Shown in pieces: positions 41,556 to 53,923 of a stretch of 64,000 nucleotides of DNA (position 1 is the stretch's first letter; each line of letters opens with the position of its first letter). The DNA is from Pocillopora damicornis (lineage: Eukaryota). The stretch spans positions 62,001 through 126,000 of the forward strand of contig NW_020845546.1 in the NCBI RefSeq assembly GCF_003704095.1, given 5' to 3'. The notes under the pieces are model-generated. The model was not told the DNA's origin. It did no database searches and saw only the letters and a list, made by a program, of their open reading frames with translations. Both the position numbers and the translations under genes were made by a program.

Positions 41556-43659
41556 CTATTGCACCCCTTGGAGAGTCACCACAATCTTTCTTGACCCTGC
41601 ATGATTCCGATGTTCACAAAGCCAAATTCCCTGCCATGTTCCAAGATTCAATTTTCCATTTGTTATTGGAAGTGTTACACTTGGTCCTACAAGAGCTGTT
41701 TTGACATGTCCTGTTGATAAAAGAAATATCATGCTAAGTCAGAGATGACAAAGGGAAATTTTTCTGGACTTCCAACTGTCTCAGAGTATCTAAATTTTTA
41801 AGATGCATCAAGGAAATTCTTTTTTATCATGCCTGGAAAATCTATTAACTGTGAAAACTTGTGCATGGATTTGGTTGAAGCTGATCAATGATTTTACACA
41901 GAATGCAGCAATTATGATGGCCAGCTCCATTTTTCCCAGTTCTGACCAATTCTTCCCCTTTCTGTTGAACAATTTTCACACATGCGTTGACCACAGGAGT
42001 GAAGTCTGGAAAGGTGGGTGCAGCACAGCAATCATCATTTATCATGGAAAATCCTCAATAGATCTTTCCTTAACCTCTGGATTTTCAACTTTTTGGGGGA
42101 TCAACTTTTCAAGTCAATCTAACTTTGGCTCTAAATTACAACTTTTCCCCATCCACTATGAGAGCAGTAGATGAGGATCGAGCTCCAATACAAACACAAA
42201 CAAACAAATAAACAAACAAATGAAAAAACAATAACAGTCGGACTTAAGGTATCAGTAGCATAGTTTTTAGAAAAATCACACTACCTCCTTTTTCATTCTT
42301 TTTCTACTGGATCAATAAAGTATTCCTGCTGACTAAAAACCTGTTTGTTTACATTCAAATGGTGTATATAAAAATGCATATAATAAACATGCTGTAAAAC
42401 TTTTATGTAGTGCAATTTTGCCCTTAATCAGAGTGTTTTTGGATTGCAAATCAAGCATGTTTTCCCAGTTCAAATTCCACTTCAATCAGTTCCACTACTG
42501 AGTGTGTTCACAGAGATAATAGGAAAGAAGAAAAAAATGTTGTAAGCTAAATAATTAGTATTAGAATGATGACTTTTGTCCAGGTAAATATTATGCAAAT
42601 CTCAGTTATCAGGAACATTGAGAACTGCTGTTTATTAGCATGGTGTGTATGTCTTACGTTGTACTTGTGACATGGAACTAAAAAAAATAAAAAAAATTAT
42701 CAGAGAAATATAAGATTTGCTCTGTGTACACTCACAAGAGAAATAATTTATCTCTGATGCCAACTGATAGCCAGGGATGAAGTTCACAACTACTTTTGTT
42801 TGATTATTGATTGATTATCAATTTCTCGATACCAAATTCAATACCAATCAACCATAATCAATTGCCACTGATGAATTCATTCATTTTCGAATTTTTGATT
42901 ATTCACACCTTGTTGACAGCAATAATTACAGAAAATTGCCGAAAAGGAAACAACTTAAAGTTGCTTTAATGTGACAAGCATTAGATACTTCAATAATGTA
43001 CTCATTACACTAGTTGACTGAATAAACATTGCTCAACTGGGAAAATTGCAATTCATGCCCATCAACAAGGTAGATTTCTTACTCTATCCTCGGTGTAACT
43101 ATTTAGCCATCAACCCAATCCCCCCCAGTCCCACTCGTTCTTTCCAAGAGTGTGCCTTGTGTCAAGAAACTATGGTGCTGCGTCGCTGGGAGAATATAAC
43201 AGGTAATTTAGTGTTAAAAACTGAGTTGAAAACGTAAATTGGCCAGGCTAGCCTTTTGACTCTTTATGGTGGCCGGTTTACGTTTTCGACTCAGTAATGT
43301 TAACACTAACTTACCTGCTTAGCTTTCTGTAGTTGTTAAGAAAGGAATGTTGGTCAAGTTGCAGAATTCTAACCTGGCATATCATCCGGTCCCTCAATAG
43401 TGTGTTTATATGGTGGACCACTTTCTGGAACTAGACGATTAAGCATCATCTCCATATCCTTACGGACAGAGGAATCCCAACATTCATTCACGCATATGCT
43501 TGCAGATGTATGTTGCAACAATAAATGAGCCAGTCCGATCTTGTACTTCTTTAGTTCCGGTATACTTTCTATTTCGTCCGTTATGATATGAACTCCGCGA
43601 GATTTAGGCTTTATATTAACTAATGTTTGGAACCAAGCAGTTGGTCCGCTGGCGGCCAT
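41556..43659 (-). CDS. yjbQ: YjbQ/UPF0047 (secondary thiamine-phosphate synthase-like) protein, 146 aa. Exons 43659-43374 and 41710-41556
   Basis: [11 protein letters not shown]...[10 protein letters not shown]...[11 protein letters not shown]...[12 protein letters not shown]|[35 protein letters not shown]... Family motifs HTSAS, EGxDDMPxHxK and LGTWQGI are present. Phase-1 GT-AG intron. In-frame upstream ATGs at 43782 and 43800. Confidence 0.93.
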
Positions 43660-43968
43660 GTTTTTCCGTGTAGAGACAGAAAATGCGCGGTTACATAGCA
43701 CGATCTCGCCAAAGAAACTGATCCGCGAAATTGCAACAAATTTATCACGAACAGACAACAGGAAAACTGGCAATCTACTCATTTTGATTTTTTGTATCAT
43801 AAATATACATATTTTGGTAAAATTTTCCCAGAGCACGGATACTTTCCTTCATCAAGACCAGCTCCAAGATCAAGATCTGTTTCTGTTTACGGAAACCGCT
43901 GGACGGAAAACACTCTTGGCGGTAAATTCATTATTCCACGCGCGAATGATCGTAGGCATTCCGAGCGA
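43660..43968. promoter_or_regulatory. Putative bidirectional promoter between yjbQ-like and RPIA
   Basis: Only 309 bp separate the divergent start codons; the stretch retains CpG whereas both gene bodies are CpG-poor. Confidence 0.7.
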
Positions 43969-46900
43969 ATGGTTTTGAGCTATTTCCGTCTTCGGGGATC
44001 GATTTTACATCTCTGCCGCCGTGTTTCAACCGGTGAAGTGGTAATGGAAGCTGGAAAAAGAGCTGCAGCGAGATATGCTGTGGACACATATGTAAAGGTA
44101 AAGAGAGCTCAAAGTTTGAGGCAAATTTGCATGTCATGTGATAAACAAGTAGTTACACACAACCATCTTTTTAGCTCTCAGTTATCGAGTGTATATTTTT
44201 AGAGACGACGCATAGGTTTATCCCAAATACACTCCCCTGAAGGATGTTTTCGCCTTCTGTAAAATACTATTATTAAAGCATTGTAGTCGTGCAGATGGGG
44301 AGGTTCAAAAGAGGTGCACTAGTAATGAAGCCCACGTAAACTTTGTTTATCATTCATGTTATTCGCTGGAAGGAAAGAGTTTCATGGCTTTAAGTGCTTC
44401 GTAAGTGAGAAAAACCGTAAAAGCGCTAGAATCTAAAGCAGTCTTCCCACACCTCGTCAAATGAGAACACTTCCAAGTTAACCACAAGTTAGTCAAGAGT
44501 ATCACTTTACAAGGTGTGGATCATCTGATTTCTTGATTTAGTGCTAGATTACATAGGGAACATGGGGCGGGGTTGCAAGAAAGGTGGGGTTGCGGAGATA
44601 GGACATGAGCGTCACTTGTTAGTGACGTGGCTCTCTCATCTGTGGTAGCCTTGACTTCCATTTTCAGCCCTTTGGCCACTCAAATTGCTGCATTTGTGAA
44701 AATTATTCTACTGAGTCAAGATTGAACACTGTCACCCTTATGCTGTCATTCATAACGTGTCGAGGTAATAATAATTAGGGTATGACACTAGTCCACAATC
44801 TAAATGAAATAACTTTGTTTTCAATAAGGTTTTATTTGTGGAAAATGAAATATTTTACAGGGTAATCAAGCACTAGGAATAGGCTCTGGATCAACAATAG
44901 TATATGCAGTCGAACGTATTGGTAAGTTAGAAAATCATCTGCAATGATGATTATATGATTTTTGGGTGAATTTTTAGGTTTTTTTGTGTGTCCAATTGAT
45001 TACACTGTTACATGAGAGTAAAATGTTTTGAATTGATGATTCTGCTTGTATTTGACCTACATGTGGAAGTGCTTTTAATAAAAAAATGCAAGAGAACTCT
45101 AATTGTAAAATTGACCTACATGATAAGTTACACAAAAATGTTGCACTACTGCATTACTGCATCTTAGGAAACCACCAGCTGTGAGTAAATAAGCCACTTT
45201 GCAGACGTGTGTAGTATTAGGCCTTTGCTTGTAGTTCCAGTCAAATACTGTACAAGGTAATTTGGAAAGAGAATATTTAATCTGTTACAAAATAGTTAAT
45301 TCTTTTTCTCCCTTGAGTGTGTAAGGCAAAATTTCTCCTTCCATCATTGATGCATTATCAAGCAGACAAGACTGATGAGAACAAAGTATTATATCAACAA
45401 GGGTATTATTAATTGATCCAATAACAAATTCTCTGCACTAACATCATAACAATTGTATAGCAGACAGTAAGGAGAATTATGTGCACAAATGAGATCTTTG
45501 CAGTGAAAGAGTTAACCTATTACCATTGAGATCGCAATATTTTGGGAGAGCTACCAATTTGATTCCTAAAAGTCTTCTGTTTTCATAATTTTTTTTTTAT
45601 TTTCAGCTGAAAGAGTGAAAGATGAAAAGCTGCATTTACTTTGTGTTCCATCATCATTCCAAGTAGGTGAATGCTTAATTTAATTCATAAGTAGCCAATT
45701 GTACAAAATTGTGTTTTCTTCTTTGTGGAGTATGAAATATTTTATACCTATTGTAGAATTATTTTGTGGTGGCCTCAATGGATTTTTAGAATGACTACCA
45801 TCTAATTTCTCCTCACCATATCTCTCCTGAATCAAACATTACAGTACAAGAATAAAGGAAATGATCACCAAATAAAGAAGCTCTTGATTTTTAAACAAAT
45901 TCCCTCAGTCAACACCTTTGGAAATGTAGGGAGAACAGTATGGAGAATATACATTTTGATGTTAGGGTGTAAAGGGTGATACAGTATTTTGATCAGAGAT
46001 GGAGACTCCTGGCCATCTGATGGGCTTTTCTAGAGGACTGATGTATTATGGAGTTATTCTTTTGTTATGATTTTTTTATGAGTGGGTTGTTAGTTCCATA
46101 AAATATCTCTTACCATCTTGTCCTCAATTACTCCTGGTCAACAATGCTTAAAGAACCTCTGAATATATTGTAGATGATCTGTGTCATATATCCAACTTAA
46201 ATCATGTAACCATAACATTTTGAGGTAGATTAATAAGGATTGTGACTGATATTAAGTTTATGTTTCTGAATTGTGTCCATGTAATGACTTTAAATTTATT
46301 TATTTTAAATTTGATGGCTGTAGGCCCAGCAGCTGATCACACAACACAACCTGACGCTTAGTGATCTTGACAGAACACCTGAGGTAACTGGAAGAAAGAA
46401 TTTGTTTAGAAATGTTCTAAAGTAACGTATATTATTCTGTACCTTACTAAAAGCTCTTTAAGCTTATGGTTTGTCACATTTTACATGTATTTACCAACAA
46501 ATAAAATAATTCTTAACCATTAAATATCAGAAAAAAAATAATAAGAGAGTGTAAATAACAGTGAAAGATGACGTTGTTCAGTGAGTGACACATACATACT
46601 CAGAAAAAAAGAAAAAGTTCTATTGCTCCCAATGACCTTGGGATTGGAACTTCAGACATCTCCACCACTGAGCTACAGGAGACTTGTGGCAGCAATGCCA
46701 GTTAGCTAGGTCCATGGGGATAAACTTCCTGCATACTACTAGGATAGGAATGGGGATATGGGATGCCTTTTTGTAACAGTGANNNNNNNNNNNNNNNNNN
46801 NNNNNNNNNNNNNNNNNNNNNNNNNNNNNNNNNNNNNNNNNNNNNNNNNNNNNNNNNNNNNNNNNNNNNNNNNNNNNNNNNNNNNNNNNNNNNNNNNNNN

Positions 46901-49900
46901 NNNNNNNNNNNNNNNNNNNNNNNNNNNNNNNNNNNNNNNNNNNNNNNNNNNNNNNNNNNNNNNNNNNNNNNNNNNNNNNNNNNNNNNNNNNNNNNNNNNN
47001 NNNNNNNNNNNNNNNNNNNNNNNNNNNNNNNNNNNNNNNNNNNNNNNNNNNNNNNNNNNNNNNNNNNNNNNNNNNNNNNNNNNNNNNNNNNNNNNNNNNN
47101 NNNNNNNNNNNNNNNNNNNNNNNNNNNNNNNNNNNNNNNNNNNNNNNNNNNNNNNNNNNNNNNNNNNNNNNNNNNNNNNNNNNNNNNNNNNNNNNNNNNN
47201 NNNNNNNNNNNNNNNNNNNNNNNNNNNNNNNNNNNNNNNNNNNNNNNNNNNNNNNNNNNNNNNNNNNNNNNNNNNNNNNNNNNNNNNNNNNNNNNNNNNN
47301 NNGGCTTTCTGTGATGATAGTTAGACGTTGCTATTGATGGAGCTGATGATGTGGATAGCAACTTAAGTGCCATTAAAGGAGGAGGGTATGTTAAAAGCTG
47401 TAGCTATACTTGAGATTTCAAGTAGATCCAATAAATTCTTTCAACATTCAAAACAATTTGTGTAGAGTCTTGAATTAATAAACACTGCAATGCATTATGT
47501 AGATGATAAAAATAAGCAGTGCATTTGTACTTTTTCTTGGGAATTTTTCATTTAGGGAAAAACAATTTATAGGGGTTTTACCCATTTGAGAAATGTATGC
47601 TTTTGTTGTATTTCATTTATATTCTAATGACTCTGTCATGTAAAACAGAAATCGGGATGTTAACACCAGACACTTAGGAAACTGAATTTACACAATTTGT
47701 TTCTTGCATTATCTCTTTAAGGAAAAGTTATTGCAGATCTACAGATCTTTGGCTTGGAGGTATCAAAAGCTGTAGCATTGATTTGATTCTGTTTTTTTTT
47801 TTTTTTAGAGGCTGTTTAACCCAAGAGAAGATAGTAGCATCTTGTGCTAAACAATTTATTATCATTGCAGATGACAGGTCAGAAACAAAGTTCCATGGCT
47901 TTCTCACAAGCATTCCTGCTTTATTTCTTACAGTATACTTTCACTTGATTAATTTGAAATCTGAAGCAGGAATGTTTTATGAATTAATTTGCAAGGATTG
48001 CAAAACCCTTGTCAAATATTCTTGAAATACCCTGCTCTACTCTCAATCTTGAATCATCTGCAGGTGCTTCAATTTTCTCCAAACCCTTAACTCCCAAGAT
48101 CTCCTTAGTAATTCTCCTTACTGTCTGTAGTACAGTTCTTGTGATGTTAGTTTGGAGAATTTGGCATTGGATCAACTTATAATCCTTAATCTCTTATCAC
48201 TTGTCTGATTGATGTTGTATTGATATTGTAAGGAGAAACTTTGTCTTGGTCACTCATGGGAGTTAAAGGGTTAACTAAAGTAATGTTTAAAAGGAGGAAT
48301 GGAAGGGACTTCTAGAGCTGGAGGGGGTTTTTGAAGAATTATGACTTGGATCGTACATTTTAGATTGACAGACCAGGAAGGCATGGTTGAGAAAAAGATC
48401 TTATATAACGAGTTCTAAGATGTTGGTAATGTTTTTTTCTTTTCCTCTCAGAAAAGATTCTAAGCAGCTTGGTGAAGCAGTAAGTACATTTTTTTTATCA
48501 ATATGTTTTTAATTAAGGGTTAGCTCAATTTTTTAATTTGGTATATACATGGAATCAAAAATTGTTCAAAGAATGAATTAATAAACAGGTGCCATATTGG
48601 CAATGAAAGTGATTGTAGACAGTCTGATAAATAAATGTGCAGTATTGTATTCAAAGGACATTAAGAATGGAGTGTCAATGTCTTTTAACATTTCAGTTCA
48701 AGAAGGGAATTCCAGTTGAAGTGATCCCTATGGCATATGTACCTGTGATGAAAAAAATAGAGAAACTTGGGCTTAAACCAATCCTTAGAATGGCACGAGC
48801 TAAAGCAGTAAGTACATACAGACAAATAAATGATCTCTTTGTATCAATGTTGTTAAATGACCCTCAGAATGGGAGCTCATTGATACTATGCCTGCTTATT
48901 TCTATTTGGCAGCAGTCCTTTGAGGTGACATACCCACCCCCACCCAGAAGAGAGGGGGTGGGAGCATTATGTGCCATTCCAAAGAAAAGTTACAAAGTGC
49001 CTCAGTGTTTGGTGTTACAATTTAAGATCATATCTGCTGATGTCATGTTCTGCAGCCACATGAATAGTCCTTTGAGATGTCACACAGCACTCCCTCACCT
49101 ACCCCTTCTTGAATGAAAAAAATGGAGGCAGATGTCTTGTGTGACATCCAATAAAGCAGCTGCCAAGTCCCTTTGTCTAAGTGACCTTTTAAGAGCAGAT
49201 CTGCAGATGTCTTGTTCAACGGCTACAAAGTATTTCGGGTCGTTCGCAGAGTCCCTAGTAAAATCGATACGTACCAACTATTGCAGCAAGCTCCCATAAG
49301 TTATTTGAAAGATATGCTTTGTATTTGCACACTAAGGCATAGGGTGTCCACTTACTTTTCTAATCAATTTTGGCCGCTGTTTTATCTCCCCAGGGTCCTG
49401 TGGTGACTGATAATAGCAATTTCATCATTGATTGCCAGTTTGACAAGGTAAACACTCGGTAAACTATATTTTTGTTTGCTAGAATGATTGTGTCAGTCAT
49501 TTATTGTGTCAAACCATAGGCACAAATGTAATACTATAAGTGCTAAGAAACGAATTATGGAGGTTGGCAGTGTTACTGCCTCGTGATCAAATTGGTGCCA
49601 AACAGATGTTGATATCTGCTAGCCTGCCTATAAGAGTTTGTCCATCTTGTTATTATCCGTTTTTGTATTCGCGGAACTGCATTCTCCAACAACCAGTTTG
49701 GAAAGTCTTTCTTCAATGAAAAAAGCAATTCTTCATTAGCTTGCCAGCTGGCCCTCATTACGAGCGCTTCGTGCTCGAGCGTTTCTCCGCCCTCGTCGTG
49801 CAACGCGAACTGGAGAGAAGCCTGCAAGGAGTCTGGCACTTCATTAGAGCCAGACCCCCGGCAAACCTCTCCCCGACTCGCACGCGGAGAAACGCGCTCT

Positions 49901-50592
49901 GCAGCGTTAATAATGAGGTCGTAGTCGTAGGCTAAGTTTTCATATTCCCTCCCCTCCTATCACGGTCTTTGATTGACAGATCGATAGCAAGTAAATATGT
50001 CATTGACAGAAGGTTGAGACGTGAGCTATCGGTATCGTTTGATTTACATGGAATTTTTTTGGAAGAGTTTTTCCTGTGTTGCTTTAAGGTTTATGACTGG
50101 AAAGAACTAAATACGCAATTGAATTTAATACCAGGTTAGTATACGTTTTTTGTACCTCGAAACTTTGGTTGAGTAAAGGAAAGTATGTATAACTTGACGA
50201 AAATATCCGAAGCAGACTAAAGTGTATAAATCTTTGCTGCTCTTTTGCTGTTTTCATGTGGGTATACTTTTGATTTCAGTGTGCTAAGATTACTTTCCTA
50301 CTAAAATTTACAAATCTCCACCTTGACAGTGGGGTTTGGGGTGATTTGGGTGTGCCGACCAACACACGCATAACGCTTTTTGATGTCGCGCAAGGGTGCT
50401 AGGGGTAGTACCTTCGAGTTCCGTCAAAGGCAGTGAAAAGGAGGCCACGCACGATGACGTGTGGGTCTGTTTCCTGTTTTTCTAACTTTTCCAACTTTTC
50501 ATATTCTAGGGGTGGTAGAGACGGGGCTGTTTGTTGGTATGGCGGAATGTGCCATATTTGGAAAACCGGATGGCACGATCACTAAAAGATAG
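43969..50592 (+). CDS. RPIA: Ribose-5-phosphate isomerase A, 253 aa (228 aa from ATG 44044). Exons 43969-44097, 44861-44921, 45607-45662, 46324-46383, 47321-47385, 47809-47877, 48452-48479, 48697-48807, 49394-49447, 50089-50134, 50510-50592
   Basis: RpiA motifs GIGSGSTI, DVAIDGADD, IKGGGGCLTQEKIVA, GIPVEVIP, GPVVTDN and PGVVETGLF. All ten introns are GT-AG with consistent phases (762 nt). The start codon choice is uncertain. Confidence 0.95.
46570..46745 (-). mobile_element. Degenerate tRNA-related SINE-like fragment in RPIA intron 4
   Basis: Minus strand reads TGTAGCTCAGTGGTGGAG (tRNA D-arm/box A-like); box B is decayed. Confidence 0.4.
46783..47302. other. Assembly gap within RPIA intron 4
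   Basis: Run of N. The flanking exons join in frame (TPE|LDVAID), so no coding exon appears to be missing. Confidence 0.99.
48084..48270. mobile_element. piggyBac-like (TTAA) MITE in RPIA intron 6
   Basis: CCCTTAACTCCCAAGAT ... ATGGGAGTTAAAGGG-TTAA. Further degenerate copies at about 2420-2620, 7415-7830, 8035-8150, 13095-13275, 14325-14512, 45310-45516, 45790-45977, 52580-52785 and 59222-59428. Confidence 0.8.
49737..49934. mobile_element. Short GC-rich MITE (TAGC.TGC...G.AGGCTA ends); related internal sequence at about 52200-52375
   Basis: TAGCTTGCCAGCTGGCCCTCATTA pairs with TAATGAGGTCGTAGTCGTAGGCTA. The core ACCTCTCCCCGACTCG is shared with the copy near 52290. Confidence 0.6.
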
Positions 50593-53500
50593 CTTGGCAT
50601 TTTCTGATTCAAACACACTTGCTGGACAACGCCACGCAAGTGCATATGGACAAACGTTTTTTTTCGTCGATGTAAGGCACTTTTGTTTTTTATAAGGCAA
50701 AGTCTGTGAATTTTTCATAATACTGCTACCTGTAGAGCAATTTACTGTGCCGAATAATACTTTTTAGCTTGCAATGCCGGTAGGTTTTTGGACGCTCGAT
50801 GAAAACAGAGGCAGCAGGTCCTAGGAAACCAACTTCGGAACTTTGATAGGAACCTCCTGGAGGTTCCGCCGCATGGTTTTTGCGGTTCTGCCACCTGGCG
50901 CATCAAAGGGCAAACAAAAGTTGCAGTTCGGCATGCTATGAACTTTTATTGAGGGGAGGTGGTGAAAAAGCATGCGCTATTTAAGTTGAGAGTCGCTCAT
51001 TTTTGAATGCATTTTTGATGTCAACCCCTCTAGCCGGGAAAGGCCCAGGTAAAGGCAATGTAGAGGCGGTTATTTAGCGGTGAATGTTATATTTAAAGGG
51101 AAGCCTCGACGTGATTACACACTCAATGGTAGCCATTAAAACAACAAACAAACAAGTGAAAACAGATAAAAAGATACTAAAAGTGCTTCATGTAGTCAAT
51201 GTATTGGACTCCGAATCAGAATACAGAATGTCTAAGGTTCACTTCGGGAATTACTCCGTCATTTTTCTCTAGCTGCGTTCATAGAAAGTGAATAAACATC
51301 TTTTTTCTTTCGACGAACAAGCTCGATGTTTAGCATCTTTCTTCACCCAGGTAAAACTATAGCCTTGCTTGCTGTGTGCTTGTCCTTTGTGTTTTAAAAT
51401 GGTGATTGAAATGAGAGGAGCGCAATCTGGTCCGAAATAATCACATGCGTGATTTGAAATCGTAACATGATTTCAGATTAAACTGCATTACTCGAAGTTC
51501 GATTGCTACACTATTCAATCCATTTTGTGTAGTACAAAAGGAAAATATGTCTCGTTGTTTAACCAAAAGTAAAGATGAATCAGACGAAACAGGAAACTCG
51601 TATTATTTCGAGGAAAACAGTTGTCAACCAAGCGATGGCTTTTAATTTTCGCATGAACCTAACCCGCCTGCCCCGCGGGGGTAGAAAACGAAGAAAATGA
51701 ATTATTATTGTTGAAACTTTACGAAAAACCCGAGAAAAGATGCGACGCGTTTAAAATTTAATTGCCTGCATACATGATTTTAGTCGGTACAAATATCTCG
51801 TCGTCATTCAGAAACTGTAAGGAATTGAATGTATCGATTCATTTGAATAAAAAAAGATGATAACGAAACGACGGAGAGCAAAAGTTACATAATTCACCAC
51901 ACAATAGCCCCTTTGTCTTCATTTAACAACAATCTGATTAGTAACATTAAATAAGCTATGAAATCTAATGAATTGTTCTAGGATTGCTTCTCACCGGCTG
52001 GGAAAAATGTGCGATTTAGAGCAAAAAATAGTGCGATTCGTGAATTGCACGCACTGCTGAGAGCCAATCAGAGTGCAAGGATGATAAATGATTTGAGAGT
52101 GGATGTAATAAATGTTACAACTATGACCAAATTTACCAACAAGTTCTTTTGCAGCTCAGTTGGTTTCATGGGTTAAACCAGAGTGAAAAAAACTCGAGAA
52201 ACTACGAGGCTTTAATGAGCAATGCGAGCCGTCGAGAGGTCTATTTATGAAGTATTTATTACTAATATTAGTGCCCGACCACCAGCAGACCTCTCCCCGA
52301 CTCGTTTCAAATCTTCCCGCCGGAGGAGGAACCCTCACGCGTCTTGTAGCGCTAATAATAATGGGGCGAGCTTGAAGGCTGATTTATCGCGGCTTCAGAA
52401 TATAATATTAAATGCTTATCGGCTCTCAATTGGTGATACCTGAATCAGAGCAGATGTTACTTTGCGATGAGAATCACCTTGAGCTTATTTTTGTTCAATA
52501 TTATTATGTACTTGTTGGTGCAACGTCAGTAACTTGTATATATGTTAACACACTGTTGTCGTCAAAGGCGAGAAACGGATTAATCCTATACGCCCTAACA
52601 TCAGTATGCGTATTCTTTATACTGCTCTCTATACATTTCCAAAGGTGTTGACAAGGAGACTTTGTCTAACAGTCAAGAGTTTCTGTAGTTGGCGATCATT
52701 TTCCTTACGCTCGTGACCTTCATGTTTGGTTCAGGGGTAGTATTGTAAAGCCAAATTAGATGCTACTCACCCCAAGGAGTTAAAAATTGATTTTAAAATG
52801 TCATTGCACACTGAGTCCAACGTTTCTGAAGTATCACAGGACCACTGCTTGACAGGCTTCATCCATGTGCATTACATGTCGACTTGTCTCAAAGCTTAAC
52901 TTCGTTTCTGAATATGCTGTTACTTCTTATTTTGAACAACTTTAACGAGTGTGAAGTTTTTTTTCGCATACCTAAGACATGCTAGCTTTCTCTTGCGACT
53001 ACAAGCAGCGCGTTCTCTTAAGGACTTGATGATTCCGCTGATTGCAAATCTTAATTCTGAAGAAAGCGGATGTTGAGCGTCTAAATCAAATAGAAAACCC
53101 TTAATAATTTCTTTCATAGCTCTGCTTTATTTTGCTACTTCAGTGTCTCGTATTACACGTAACAAAGCGCGCTTTACCAGAAAGGGATGATAACCTTAGC
53201 AGCGTAAGACATACAGTATCTCAATTTCACAGATAGATTTATTAACTGAAAAAAAAAAACAAACAATTAATGGTGTATTGCAAACACCTGTAAAAACTAA
53301 TAAAATCTCCGATTAGGGTGTTAATTTTAATATTTACCTTTTACAACGTTGCATGTGGTTGTCTGCCTCAGTGGGACGGACCATTGTCACCTTGCAAGTT
53401 TTCATTTAGGATGAGTTAGCGTGCTGTTTTGAAGCTATTATTGATTTGGAAATTGATACGAATTGAATGAGGTCGTTACAATTTGGAACGCAAAATTGAA

Positions 53501-53768
53501 ATCGATCAACAGTTTTTTTCTAATTAAAAGTAATTTGGGCACGTCAATGCATGTAAAGAGATCAGGAGTGTTTTAGTGATTCTGGAGCTGCAGGCTTTGA
53601 TCACGATTCTAAAAACAATCGCAAGATATCACGTTTCTATTTCTTATTTGAAAGTTGTGTTCAGCATAACTTGCATTTCCTTTAAAATTGTCAAGCAGAA
53701 GTCTTAATCACTCATTCAATGAGACAGCCGAACAAAGCGCCGTGTGACATCACATTTCTTATTGATAT

Positions 53769-53774
53769 TATAAA
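53769..53774 (+). promoter_or_regulatory. Candidate TATA box of the 4-exon GPCR
   Basis: TATAAA about 150 bp upstream of ATG 53924. The motif is common in AT-rich DNA, so support is weak. Confidence 0.35.
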
Positions 53775-53923
53775 GGTTGTTTACTTTTAAAGGACTTCTC
53801 CGATATTAAAAGTCGGTAGGGCCAATTTGTAGTACCCTGATCCTCTTTGATGTCATATACTCTGCCCGCCTGGAGACTTACATTGTGAAACGCCATCTGA
53901 TCACCCAACCAAGTGAAAACCTG

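Noticed and set aside
41803-42174. ORFs inside the yjbQ intron (123 aa on +, Cys-rich 66 aa on -)
   Set aside because: No recognisable domain or supporting splice structure; at most a decayed insertion.
41556-43659. yjbQ as bacterial contamination or recent horizontal transfer
   Set aside because: It has a spliceosomal intron and host-like composition, and the family is known in many eukaryotes.
46702-47373. Long ORFs in the track containing X runs (also 34098-34379 and 39505-39801)
   Set aside because: Artefacts of N gaps.
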